DNA from: Malacoraja senta
Lineage: Eukaryota
Length of the DNA: 64,000 bases
Reading direction: 5' to 3'
Assembly (NCBI GenBank): GCA_038087875.1
Contig: CM075988.1
Coordinates: forward strand, 1,054,001-1,118,000
Shown here: positions 13,384 to 25,256 of the stretch, in pieces
Numbering within the stretch: the first letter of the stretch is position 1
Layout of the letters: each line of letters starts with the position of its first letter
Notes under the pieces: generated by a model
Told to the model about the DNA's origin: nothing
Databases searched by the model: none
The model's input: only the letters and a program-made list of their open reading frames with translations
Position numbers and translations under genes: made by a program

Positions 13384-14524
13384 TGCTGGTGTAGGGGTGA
13401 TGTGTGTAACAAACTGAGGGCATTTGTGGGTGGTGGAGAGGAGTGGGGGTTGAGAATCTCCTACTGACTAGGAGAATTTCTGATGAAAGGTTTCAATCCA
13501 AACTGTACAATGGAGAGAGTGGAGCTGGACAGGGTGCAGAGAAGATTTAGAAGGAGTTTGACAGGACTTGAGGACCTGAGCCTTTGAAAGAGGTTAGGCA
13601 GACTAGGATTTTGTTCCAGAGCATAGGAGGCTAAGGAATTATCTTATAAAGATGTATAAAATCATTTGGGGAATAAATAGGACGAATGTACAGAGTTGTT
13701 TTCTCAGGGTAGGGGAATCGAAAACCAGAGGGCATAGATTTAAAGTGAAAGGAGGAAGATTTGGGGATTCAGGAACAATTTTGGGGAAGATTCAGAGACA
13801 GTTTCTTCCCAGCTGTTATCAGACAACTGAACCATCCTACCACAACCAGAGAGCCGTGCTGAACTACTATCTACCTCATTGGTGACCCTCGGACTATCTT
13901 TGATTGGACTTTACTGGCTTTACCTTGCACTAAACATTATTCCCTTATCATGTATCTATACACTGTAAATGGTTTGATTGTCTTTCCGCTGACTGGTTAG
14001 CGTACACAAAAGCTTTTCACTGTTCCTTGTGGCATGCGACAATAAACTAAACTGAACTGATCCTGAGGGCAACTTTTCCCGCACAGGATGGTGGATATAT
14101 GGAACAAGCTGTCCAAGGCGGCAATTGAGGCAATAGCAGCATTCTGAAGACACTTGGACGGATGCATGAATAGGAAAGGCTTCATGGGGAAATGGGATTA
14201 ACGTAGATGGGGCATTTTGGTCTGCATGGACGAGTTTAGCTGAAGGGCCATACTGCATGACTGAATGTTTCCCCCTCCAAGGTTCAAAAGGGCTGTAGGT
14301 ACAGGCACTAAAAATAACCAAGAAGACTGGCAGAACGCTGTCTTTATGTTGGGAGACTTGGAATACAAGGTTGTGGTAATGGTGCTGCATTTCCACAAAG
14401 AGCGGTTTACAGTCACCGTGGGCACTGGCAGCTGTTCTGGCCTCTACACCATTGGCAGCAAATACTAACCTTGGAGAGAGTGCAGTGTAGATTTACGACT
14501 GCTCCCTAAACGGCAAACAATAAA

Positions 14525-15328
14525 TTAGATAGATAGATAAATACTTTATTAATCCCCTCAGGGAAATTCAGATTACTTGCAGCACACCAATAAAAGTAAG
14601 ACACCACATTAAAAAAGAATTGAACATAAAACATAAAAACATCCCCCCACAATGGTTCCCACTGTGAGGGAAGGCACAAAGTCCAGTCCTCTTCCCCTTG
14701 TTCACCCATGGTCGGGCATATTGAGGCCTCCGCAGTCGCCCCAACGGTGGCCCGATGTACAGGCCCTCTCGCCGGATGATGGGGCTTCGGCGTCGGGGGA
14801 ACACTCTTCAGCGGCTAGGAGCGTCTGGAACGGCCGCATGCTGCCAGAGACCGCGGCTCCCGAAGTCCACAGGCCTCGCTGGTCGATGCTCCGACACTGG
14901 CAATCTCGGCGAGAGATCCCAGGCTTCGTGGTGTTCAGAGTCAGCGCCGCCGTGGCTGGAAGCTCCGCAACCACAGCTCCGCGATGTTGGGATTTGGCGG
15001 TCTCAGCACTCCATAGCCCACCGCACGGCGACCCGGGCAAGGCATCGCCCGCCCCGTGATGGCGGGCCAGCGCTCCGCCGAAGCCCAAGTTCTGGCCGGT
15101 CCCGGCAGGAAACGCCGCTCCAGTCCCGGTGGTAGGGGCGAAGATACGGCCCCGAGAAATTCCACATCTCCGACCAGGTAGGGACTGAGAAAAATAGTTT
15201 CCTCCTCCCCCCACCCCCCACATAAAAAAGATTAGACCTCCAAACGAACTTTTAACATACTAAAAAATAAAAAAGAATGAAAGGACAGACAGCTGCAGGC
15301 TGGGCAGCCATACTCAACGGCGCCCCCT
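14525..15328 (-). mobile_element. GC-rich non-coding retroelement
   Basis: Core GGACTTTGTGCCTTCCCTCACAGTGGGAACCATTGTGGGGGG on minus. AATAAA followed by a (TCTA)n tail near 14525-14550. Confidence 0.55.
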
Positions 15329-15679
15329 CCATACATTAAGAGGAGCCATTGCAAAAATAGGGTTGTATGCTTTAGAAATTAGAAGGTCACGAGGTGAGAT
15401 AATTAAAGGCTTTATAGAGGAAATGATAGGGAAGAGAGAAGTCATTTTCACTAATTTTAGATTCCAAGCCTGACATTTAGTGCCAAATCGTTCAGCAAAG
15501 GAGTCAGGAAACATATATACACACAGAGGGCCACAGGACTGGGCTCCAGTGGCATCAGGCCACCAACATTTGCTGGCCAAGGAAATTCAGGAGAAAGGTG
15601 CTGTGGTGGGTGGCGGCTGCCAAGGTCCTGGTCATTGGAGCTGAGGGTAATGACGGGTCACATCAGCCACGGTTTCATT

Positions 15680-16030
15680 GTAGACACAAGGAACTGCAGA
15701 TGCTGGCTGTCAAAAATAGACACAACATGCTGGAGTAACTCAGCGAGTCAGGCAGCATCTCTGGAGAATATGGCTGAGATGTTTTGGGTGCAACCTTTCT
15801 TTTAATTGATTGTTGTAGGGGAGAGGAAGCTGGAAGAGAGGTGGGGCAGGACAAAGCCTAGTAAATGATAGGTGAATACAGGTGAGAGGGGTTTGATTGG
15901 CAGATGCGTGGACAAAGGCCGGAGATGATAAAGAGACAAAAGGCTGTGAGATAAAGAGAAGAGTCGTGAAAGGTGAAGCCCGAGGAAGGGATATCGGTGG
16001 AAAAGGGGGAGGGGGCGGATTGTGGGAGAA
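15680..16030 (-). mobile_element. Penelope-like terminal repeat fragment
   Basis: GGAACTGCAGATGCTGG...GTAACTCAGCG...GGCAGCATCTCTGGAG module, also seen attached to the GIY-YIG fragments at 49960-51810. Confidence 0.6.
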
Positions 16031-16081
16031 ATGTAACATTGTGTGCATAACAGGGCTAACTGATCTGATTCAAAACTCCCA

Positions 16082-16208
16082 AATGTAGAGTGCACCTTGT
16101 AATGTAGAGTGCACGTTGTAATGTAGAGTGCACATTGTAATGTAGAGTACACATTGTAATGTAGAGTGCACATTGTAATGTAGAGTGCACGTTGTAATGT
16201 AGAGTGCA
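16082..16208. repeat. 20-bp minisatellite (TTGTAATGTAGAGTGCACRT-type), about 6 copies
   Basis: Direct reading of tandem units. Confidence 0.9.
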
Positions 16209-16246
16209 GTTCACATGAATGATGGTGTCAAAAATCTGGTAGTTTA

Positions 16247-16569
16247 ATGGTGGGGCAGCGGTAGAGTTGCTGCCTTACCGCGAATGCAGCGTCGGTGACC
16301 CGGGTTCAATCCCGACTACGGGTACTGTCTGTACAGAGTTTGTACGTTCTCCCCGTGACCTGCGTGGGTTTTCTCCGAGATCTTTGGTTTCCTCTCACAC
16401 TCCAAAGACGTACAGGTGTGCAGGTTAATTGGCTTGGTATAAGTGTAAAATTGTCCCCAGTGTGTGTAGAATAGTGTTAATGTGCTGGGATCGCTGGTCG
16501 GCGCGGACTCGGTGGGACGAAGGGCCTGTTTTCATGCTGTATCTCTAAACTACATTAAACTAAACTAAA
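16247..16569 (+). mobile_element. V-SINE (HE1-like)
   Basis: Same head and core as the other copies, tail (TAAAC)n. Confidence 0.82.
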
Positions 16570-16683
16570 TGTACAAGTATTATTGGCAGATCACTAATAC
16601 AATTGCTATTAACTGAGTGTAGCAGGTTAGTTTTGGTAGCGGTATTTTAGTGTGGGAGACAGAGGTGGGACGGTAACACTTAC

Positions 16684-17354
16684 CCTGAGTATCTAAGTAC
16701 TTGTGTTGCTGGGGTGCCGTGGACCCACCTGCCCCACCAGCCTGGGTGCAGCCGCCATCCTCAGTGGTTTCCAGACCCACAAGAAGGGCCATCATGTCGA
16801 CCAGCGTTTGACCTTTGCCTCCTGCCCTCACGTCCTTGCCAACACACAGCACTGACAGGCGACTGAAGGACTGCAGCTGCCCGATGTTTGCACGCAGGAA
16901 ATGGAGGATGACGTTGAGGTCGTTAAGGGCGCAGCCCAGCATCTTCTTACTGACCAGGTCAAAGGCTGGCAACATCTGGTACACGGCCAGAAACTGCTTG
17001 TCCCAGGAACAGAGCTGCAGAAGGCAGTGAATGATCATGGGCACCAACAGGATGTAGATAGTGCCGTTCACCACACTGATCATCTTGAATATAGTCAGCG
17101 AGGTCAGTTTGCACTGAATCACAGCAGGAACATCAGGGTCACTGGTCAGCAGTCCCGATTTAATGGAGCAACTGAACTGGTCCAGGAAAAACACGGGTAG
17201 GTGGCAGTAGATGAGGTAGAGGCATGCGGCCGCGATGAACAGCAGCAGGAGCAGCTGCCTCATGTAATACATGCACACGTAGTAATACGACCCATTCTTG
17301 CAGGCGAGGTAACGCTGGAGCAGCGGGAACTGCAGCAACTTCTCCTTGCGGGCC
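16684..17354 (-). CDS. PANX3: Pannexin-3 exon 4 (671 nt, ARKEKLLQFPLLQRYLACK...FSCSIKSGLL...MLGCALNDLNVILHFLRANI...YLDTQ)
   Basis: AAG acceptor at 17357-17355 restores ELDR-ARKE in phase 2. Close match to recalled PANX3 TM3/EL2/TM4/C-terminus. Consensus donor G|GTAAGT at 16683-16678. If unspliced, the frame reads on to a stop at 16580-16582. Confidence 0.92.
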
Positions 17355-17419
17355 CTTCCAACACAAAATGAACCAAGTAAGACACGGTCGGCATGAAACT
17401 GGGAAGAGCAAGTGAATGA

Positions 17420-18362
17420 AGTGTTGGTGGAGGGCAAAGCAGGCAAACGTAAGGAAGCTTGGCTGACGAGGGAAATTGAGGCATTGGTCAAAAACAAGAA
17501 GGATGCATGGGACAGGTATAGACAGCTGGGATCAAGTGCATCCTTGGCAGAGTTTCGGGAACTAAGGAGTAAACTGAAAAAGGAGATCAGAAGGGCAAAA
17601 AGGGGCCAGGGGATAGCTCTGGCGGGTTGCATTAAGGATAATCCCAAGAGTTTTTATAATACATAAGGGGGGAAAGGGTAATTAGAGAGAGAGTGGGACC
17701 CCTTAGGAACCAAAGTGGTCACCTCTGTGTGGAGCCACAGGAGATAGGCAAGGTCCTCTGTATTTACCGAGGAGAAAGACAGGAGGATGGAGGAACTTGG
17801 GGCAGTCAATGGAAGTGTCTTGGAAGCCGTCAATGTTACCATCAAAGAGGTGCTGAAGGTACTATAGAAACATAGAAAATAGGTGCAGGAGTAGGCCATT
17901 CGTCCCTTTGAGCCTGCACCGCCATTCAATATGATCATGGCTGATCATCCAACTCAGTATCCCGTACCTGCTTTCTCTCCATACCCCCTGATCCCTTTAG
18001 CCACAAGGGCAACATCTAACTCCCTCTTAAATATAGCCAATGAACTGGCCTCAACTACCTCAATCATGTACAAAGTTAGACAAATCTCAAGGGCCTGATC
18101 AGATATATCTGAGGACATTGCAGGAAACCAGGGAGTAAATTGTGGGAGCCCTGGTTAAAATTTACAAAACGTCTTTAACTACAGGAGAGGTGCCGGAAGA
18201 CTGCAGGGTGGCAAATGTTGTGCCTTTATTCAAGAAGGGCTGCAGGGAAAATGCTGGGAACTACTGTATAAGCCAGTGAGCTTAACATCTGTAGTTGGAA
18301 AGTTACTTGAGAGTATTCTGAGGGATAGGTTATACAGGCATTTAGACAGACAAGGGCTGATT
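17420..18362 (+). mobile_element. CR1 fragment interrupted by an antisense young CR1 3' end (about 17864-18062)
   Basis: AWLTREIEALVK...KKEIRRAKRG...NPKSFY motif. The insert begins ATAGAAACATAGAAAATAGGTGCAGG. Confidence 0.8.
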
Positions 18363-18609
18363 AGTTTAGTTTAGTATTCTCAGGTGTACCAAGGTACAGT
18401 GAAAATCTTTTGTTGCGTGCTATCCAGTTAGAAGAAAGACAATACATGATTACAATCGAGCCATTTGTATTAGGGAATAATATTTAGTGCAAGGTAAAGC
18501 CAACAAAGTCCGATCAAGGATAGTCCGAGAGTCACCAAAGAGGTAGATAGTAGTTCAGCACTGCTCTCTGGTTGTGGTAGGATGATTCAGTCGTGCGGAC
18601 CTGGCGCTG

Positions 18610-19960
18610 ACGGATGAGAAGCCGAAGCTAAGAAGTCGAAGCCAAAGAACCGAATGGAAACGAGGCCGAAACGTCAAATAACCGAAAGAGTACGAAGCCA
18701 AAATGCCAACTAACCGAAAGGGTGGGCCGCCTAAATGCAAACTAACTGAAAGGGCGGGACGCCTAAAAGTAGGTATGTTACAATACTTACCTTCAGTCGC
18801 GCTGTAATTCTGCCACTGGCCGTGTGCGCGATTTTGGCGCCTTTAAGGGGGGGCGGGGTTAAAACGCGGGGTTCTCCTCCCTTGTCCTGGTTAATATTTT
18901 GTTGGAGTACAAGCGTTGGCTGAAGAATCGTTCCTAGTGGCATTTTGTGTATTTTTTATTTTTATTAAATCGTCAATGTCAGCGCTAGAGTAATTTTAAA
19001 AGCAGCTCCTGAAGCGTCAACGCCGATAACGGGGACGGATTTCACACACGGGACAGGTAAACAAAAGTGGTTTCTTTAAATGTATAAAAGTGCTTCTTAA
19101 GAAGCCTTTAATTCACATTTTTTCATGCGACACGGTGATTTTATTCCCCGAATTAACGGCAGTATTTTTCATGCTAATACGGGGTTAAATTCACCGCAAA
19201 TGAACGTTCCAAAAGATCGCGTTCCAGAAATCCTCACACAAGATGATTTAAATGCCCATTAATTTACAGGTATTAAACATTTAATTCCTTCCATTTGGCC
19301 TGTAAATTCATGAAAATGAGATTTAAAAATTATGTTATATTGTGAATTCTTGTGTGAATGTTATTTGGACACTTAGGCTATTTAAAAATGTTAATCTATT
19401 CTTAAGAAATTGATAGATGTTTAGATCTAGTAATTGAATTTTGTAATTAGCTACAATTAGGTAACTAACTAATTATATGCTTTACTTTCATGTCTTCGAA
19501 GTAAGATTGTTTCATATTTGTTTCAGAATGCTTCAATCTATAATAACTGAAAATTTCTTTCAGTTATCTTAATTTTTAAGAAAGTTATGGGCTTTTAACT
19601 GTCCTCGATCACAGCTTTTGTGTTAAGTCAATGGAAAAGCAATAGGGAACAAGATGCTAATTTCAGAGTACGAAAATGGCCATAACTTCTTTAATACTGA
19701 AGATATGAAAGTGAATTAGGTGTCAAATTAAACTTCTTTTTATGCTTTATCTGATGGGATAAATTGCAGACTTTATTTTTTAAATCTCAAAATTTAGTAA
19801 CATTGCTAATAAAAGCAAACTAACTGAAAGGGCGGGATGCCTAAAAGCCAACTAACCGAAAAGCTGCGTCACCTAAAAGTAAACTCACCGAATGGCCACT
19901 CTGTCGAAACGCCACCTACCCCAAAGGCGGCATCGCCTACAAGCCAACGAACCGAATACC
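18610..19960. repeat. Array of about 15/30-bp CCGAA-containing repeats (possible DNA-transposon subterminal region) split by a MITE
   Basis: Units such as GCCAACTAACCGAAAGGGYGGG...CCTAAA occur on both sides of the 18770-19808 insert. Confidence 0.55.
18770..19808. mobile_element. About 1.04-kb non-autonomous DNA transposon with TAG...CTA termini (copy 1)
   Basis: Starts TAGGTATGTTACAA and ends GTAACATTGCTA. Colinear and highly similar to 59656-60698. Confidence 0.8.
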
Positions 19961-20197
19961 GCTCAACAGAAAAAAATAACGGACATGACGTTGCCGGGGA
20001 ATGGGACTTGTCAGCGATTGATCCAGACCCCCGCGTCCATCACATCACTGTGGAGCGATGAAAATTGTCCCACACCTCCGCTCCACCCGACCCACAGCGG
20101 AGGGTGGCCATGGGAGAGTGGGGGCTGTCCTGAGGGATGCGCACCTTTGGCCGCTTACAACTTGTTGCTTGGGTGGAAAAATGACCCCCACGCTCCC

Positions 20198-20797
20198 GTC
20201 TCCCCCTTCTCTCTCCCCTCTTCTCTCTCTTCCCCCTCTCTCTCCCTTCTCTCTCTCCCTTCTCTCTCTCTCTCCCCTTCTCTCTCTCACCCTCTCTCTC
20301 CCCCTTCTCTCTCCCCCTTCTCTCTCTCCCCCTCCTCTCCCCCCCCTCTCTCTCCCTTCTCTCTCTGCCCTTCTCTCTTTCTCTCCCCTCTTCTCTCTCT
20401 CCCCTCTCTCTCCCCTCTCTCTCTCCTCTCTCTCTCCCCCTCTCTCTCCTTTCTCTCTCTCCCCTTCTCTCTTTCTCTCCCCTCTTCTCTCTCCCCCCTC
20501 TCTCTCCCCCTCTTCTCTGTCTCCTTCTCTCTCTCCCCTTCCCTCTTTCTCTCCCCTCTTCTCTCTCTCTCCTCCTCTCTCTCCCCCTCCTCTCTCTCCC
20601 CCTATCCCTTCTCTCTCTCTCCTTCTCTCTTTATCTCCCCCCCTCCCTCTCTCTCCCTTCTCTCTCCCCTCCTCTCTCTCCTCCCTCTCTCCCTTCTCTC
20701 TCTCCTCTCTTTCTCTCCCCTTTTCTCTCTCTCCCCCCTCTCTCTCTTCCTTCTCTCTCTCTCCCTTCTCTCTCTCTCTCCCCCTTCTCTCTCCCCC
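20198..20797. repeat. 600-bp polypyrimidine (CT-rich) low-complexity tract
   Basis: Almost exclusively C and T on the plus strand. Confidence 0.95.
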
Positions 20798-20847
20798 CAC
20801 TTATGCAGAGCGGCTATGGAAGTTGAGATAACTGGCACTGACAGCAA

Positions 20848-21046
20848 AGATAGACACAAAATGCTGGAGTAACTCAGTGGGACAGGCAGCATCTCTGGAG
20901 AGAAGGAATGGGTGGCGTTTCGGGTCGAGACTCTTCAGATTCAGTCTTCAGATCTGAAGAATGGTCTCGACCTGAAACGTCACCCATTCCTTCTCTCCAG
21001 AGATGCTGCCTGTCCCACTGAGTCACTCCAGCATTTTGTGTCCATC
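20848..21046. repeat. About 200-bp palindrome of two head-to-head Penelope terminal units with hammerhead-like cores
   Basis: GATAGACACAAAATGCTGGAGT...CTTCAGA/TCTGAAG...ACTCCAGCATTTTGTGTCCATC are near reverse complements. Confidence 0.85.
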
Positions 21047-21107
21047 TTCGGTTAAAACAGTTCACAGATTCTGGTGTTGTGTGCGTGGGAGCTTGACATG
21101 TGTTCAA

Positions 21108-21935
21108 TCTTCAAATTTGCCGACGACACCACCGTTGTTGGACAAATTACGGGTGTTGCTCAGTCAGTGTAGGAGAGAGATCTGAGTGAATGGTGCCAGA
21201 ACAACACCCTTGCTCTCAATGTCAGCAAGATGAAGATACTGATTCATGACTTTAGAAGAGGGAAGCCGAGGATCCACAAACCTTACTTCTCCAACAGGTC
21301 GGCGGTGGAGAGAATGAACTAGATCCTGGGGGTGCCTATCTTTGAAGATCTGCCCTGGACCCAGCACTTTGATGCAACCATAAAGAAGGCCCATCCACCC
21401 CTACTTCATGGGAAGATTTGGTATGTCGATGAATACTCTCTTGATCTTCTACAGGTTCACAGTAGAGGGCATACAGACTGGTTGCATCACGGCCTGGTTT
21501 GGTAGCTCGAACAGCCAAGAATAAAGGTGGTTACAAGTGTGGTCCATCACAGGTACTCACCATCGAAAGGATCTACAGAAGGCGCTGCCTCAAAAAGGCA
21601 GCCGGCATCATCAGAGACCCACACTACCCTGGCCACACTCGCATTTCACTCCTGCCATCAGGAAGAAGGTATAGGAGTCTGAAACAGATAGTGTCTTCCT
21701 AAAGAATTCTTCAATCAGGCCCTTGAACAGTACAAAACACTAAATAAACTATGAAGTATGGACAGTCTTTGGTTGTACTAAGGACAGGGGGGTTTGCACG
21801 TATTGGGTTATTCATTTATACAAATATTTTGTTATTATATGTTATCTATGAGTACTGTGTTTACATGCCTGTAATGCTGCTGCCAGTAAGAATTTCATTG
21901 TTCTGTCGACAGTACATATGATCATTAAACACTTG
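21108..21935 (+). mobile_element. Degenerate Rex1/Babar LINE 3' part
   Basis: KFADDTT nucleotides at 21114-21135 and RCLKKAAGIIRDPHYPGH...LLPSGRRYRS. Confidence 0.75.
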
Positions 21936-22101
21936 ACTGTATCTGTGATCAGCTGCTCCGTAACTTTCAATCAACAACTCTTCCATTTATTCTCCATCAG
22001 TAACAAGTTTTCCATTCACTCCCCTTATCAATGATTCTGTATTTTATACACTCTCTGTATCATTAATTTGCAGTTATATTCTCTGTCCCAATGATCAAAT
22101 G

Positions 22102-22385
22102 TTTAGTTTAGTTTGTGATACGTCATGGAAACAGGCCCTTCGGCCCACCGAGTCCCTGTATTCTAGCACTCCCCTACACGCTAGGGACAATTTATAATTT
22201 TGCCGAAGCTAATTAACTTACAAACCTGTATTTTTGGGGAAAATGGGAGAAAATCAAAACACACGGAGAAAACTCCCGCTGTCACGGGGAGAACGTACAA
22301 ACTCCGTACAGACAGCTTCTGTAGTCAAGATCCAACCTGGGTGTCTGGTGCTATAGGGCAGCAACTCTACTGCTGCGCCACCGTG
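22102..22385 (-). mobile_element. V-SINE (HE1-like)
   Basis: Reverse complement of the SINE core and head. Confidence 0.72.
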
Positions 22386-22714
22386 AAGCCCAGATGTGCT
22401 TTTTATTCTCAATGTGAAATACAGCTGTTCCCCAAACTATCCCTGAATATTGTCATATTCATTCCATTTAGATACACCGCCAATCACTTCAGTAATTGCA
22501 TCATTGAAGCTGTTCCTTTCAATCTCTGTCCATAATCTCATATCTCATACGCCCTCTGTTTCACTCACTGTCCGATCCCTTTTATCTACCTATCAACAAT
22601 CAGCTCTTCATTAGAGACCATCGGCTTAAAGTGAGAATGGAGAGATTTCAGAGGGTCATCGGGCTAAAAAGGTAGTCTGTATCTGGAAAGAGCTGCGAGA
22701 GGAAGCGGATACAA

Positions 22715-23312
22715 CTACCGATTTGGTGTTGCATCTTGTGCAGTTGCAGGGGAAAGTACCTGTGGAGGGGATGGTTTTGGTGGGAAGGGATGAGTTAACC
22801 AGGGAGTTGCGGAAGGCGGAAAGGGGTGGAGATGGGAAAATGTGGCTAATGGTTGGATCCCGTTGGAGGTGGCGGAAATTTCGGAGAATTATGTGTTGTG
22901 TGCGATGGCTGATGGGGTGGAAGGTAAGGACTAGGGGGACTCTGTCTCTGTTGCGGCTAGGGGGAGGGGAAGCATGGGGCGGAGCTGCGAGATACCGAGG
23001 AGACATGAGTGAGGGCCCCATCTATGATGGGAGAGGGGAACCGCCGTTCCCTAATGAATGAGGACATCTCGGATGTCCTGGTATGGAACACCTCATCCTG
23101 GGCGCAGATGCAGCGTAGACGGAGGAAATGAGAGTCTTTGCAGAACCAGGGTGGGAAGAATGTTTCATGAATTGTTCTTTGTCTCTCTACGTCATCGCCT
23201 ATATCTCTCATTTCCCTTATGCCTAACCAGTCTGAAGAAGGGTCTCGTCCCAAAACGTCACCCATTCCTTCTCTCCAGAGATGCTGCCTGTCCAGTTGAG
23301 TTACTCCAGCTT
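22715..23312. mobile_element. Penelope-like element fragment (minus) plus terminal repeat (plus)
   Basis: RDRVPLVLTFHP...HIILRNFRHLQRDP and SHFLRLRCIC motifs. Terminal unit with CTGAAGAAGGGTCTCG at 23232. Confidence 0.8.
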
Positions 23313-23344
23313 TTAGGCCTGTTTCCGTGCTGTACAGTTCTATG

Positions 23345-24610
23345 ATTGTGACCTGAGTGGATTCTGAGGGACAAGATATGCGTGCATTTGGAAAGATGGG
23401 TTGATTAGGGATAGTCAGCATGGTTTTGTGTGTATGGAGATCATGTCTCAGGAATTTGATTGAGTTTTTGAAGAAGTAACCAACAAGGTTAATAAGGGGA
23501 CGGCCATAGACCAAGTCTAATGGTCTTTAGCAAGGCCTTTGATAAAGGTCTGCATGGTAGGCTGCACTGGAAGGTTAGTTTGCATGGGATCCAGAGAGAG
23601 TTAGCCGACTGGATGGAGAATTGTGTTGGAAAGAACTGCAGATGCTGGTTTAAATCGAAGGTAGACACAAAATGCTGGAGCAACAGCGGGTCAGGCAGCA
23701 TCTCTGGAGAGAAGGAACGGGCGACATTTTGGGTCGAGACCCTTCTTGAAGATGGAGAATTGGCTTCATGGAAGGAAGCAATGGGAGGTGGTGCAAGATT
23801 GGTTTTCATACTGGAGGCCTGTAACTAGCGGTGTGCCTCAGGGATCAGTGCTGGCCCATTGCTGTTTCTCATCTCTATCACCAATTTGAATGAAAACATA
23901 CAAGGCATGATTAGTAAGTTTGCAGATGATAAAATAGGTGGTATTGTAGACGATAATTATCAAGAAATACAGTGGATCTTGATCAGCTGGATAAGTGGGC
24001 TGAGGAAAGGCAATGGAGTTTTTCATTCAGATAAGAATGAGGTGTTACAATTTGGGAAGTTAAACCAGGGCAGGATTTCCACAGTGAATGGCCAGGCTCT
24101 GGGAAGTGTCGTGATCAGAGGGATCTGGGAGTACAGGTACATAGTGGCACAAGGTCTGAAGAAAGCTTTGGGCATATTGTTCTTCATCAGTCATGAAATC
24201 GAGTGCAGAAGTTGGAACACTATGTACAGTTGTACAAGATGTTTGTGAGGCTTGGAATATTACGTCCAGTTTTGGTCACCCTGCTATAGGAAAGATGCCG
24301 TTAAGCTGAAAAGAATGCAGAGAAGATTTACAAAGATGTTGCCAGGATTTGAGCCAGGCCTGACTAATGAGGAGAAGTTGGGCAGGACTTTATCTTTTGG
24401 AGTGCAGGAGGCTGAAGGGTGATCTTATACATGTCCATCAAATCATGAGGTTTTAATAGATAAAATAGATAGTTTTTCCCAAAAATTCAAGGGCCAGGTT
24501 TAAGATGAGAGGGGAAAGGTTTAATCTGGCTGAAGGGCAACTTTTACCCTTTTTTTTTGCCCAAGGCAGGTGAATAAAGAACTAGAGGGCATAGGTTTAG
24601 TTGAGAGGGA
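23345..24610 (+). mobile_element. Degenerate CR1 LINE with inserted Penelope terminal unit (about 23622-23750)
   Basis: FSKAFDK and ISKFADD motifs. Confidence 0.75.
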
Positions 24611-25256
24611 GACAGTGTGGGAGTAAGCACACAGTGGAAATGAAACCCCTTTCTAAGTTCTGAGACGGTTCCAATCTCTCCTTTGATCAGTGCTGCACTA
24701 TCCCCTTCTCTCTCACAGGTTGCACTGACATTGTTGCCTTCTCTCCCTGTGCACTGATCAGTGTTCCCCTCCCCTCAGTCTCTGCAGCAAAGACCCATTG
24801 TTTCCTTTTTCTCATTCTATCATTGATCATCCTTTTCCATTCATTGTCCACATTTCCCAATGACAAAATAGGCCATTCAGCCCATTGGGTTTAGACTGGC
24901 TCACAGAGCAATCCCATTCCCATTAATTTTCCCAATAACCTATTCTCCCCATAATCCCATCAATGTTCGCCTGATCTCACACTAACCCACACACACGGTG
25001 TAATTAAAGCGACCAATTAGCCCGCCAACCCACACGTTTGGAAGGTGTGAGGAAACCAGAGTACCTGGAAACCCATGCAGTCACAGGGAGGACGTGCAAA
25101 CTCCACAGAGGCAGACACAAACGACAGGTCTCCAGAGCTGTGAGGCAGTGGCTCCATCAGATGGGCCAATGTGCCACGCACTGTGTCCACATTTACAGAC
25201 TCATCACCTGGGTTTTCCGTCAGTAAGATGAACGGTGTGAGATTTATCTTGTGTAC

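Noticed and set aside
14568..15223. Cluster of overlapping GC-rich ORFs or a CpG-island promoter (also 36.5k, 46.7k, 57.3k)
   Set aside because: Copies of a dispersed repeat. The ORFs are not conserved between copies.
16580..17647. 355-aa ORF as a single-exon pannexin
   Set aside because: Its first ~97 codons are antisense CR1 and intron sequence. Pannexin similarity begins at the 17354 acceptor and the true N-terminus is in upstream exons.
19892..20892. Long Ser/Leu/Pro-rich and Glu/Arg/Gly-rich ORFs
   Set aside because: Translations of the CT/GA low-complexity tract, which lacks stop codons.
23232..23750. Additional active hammerheads (23232 plus, 23745 minus, 50140 minus)
   Set aside because: The GAAA or CUGANGA catalytic boxes are mutated in these copies.
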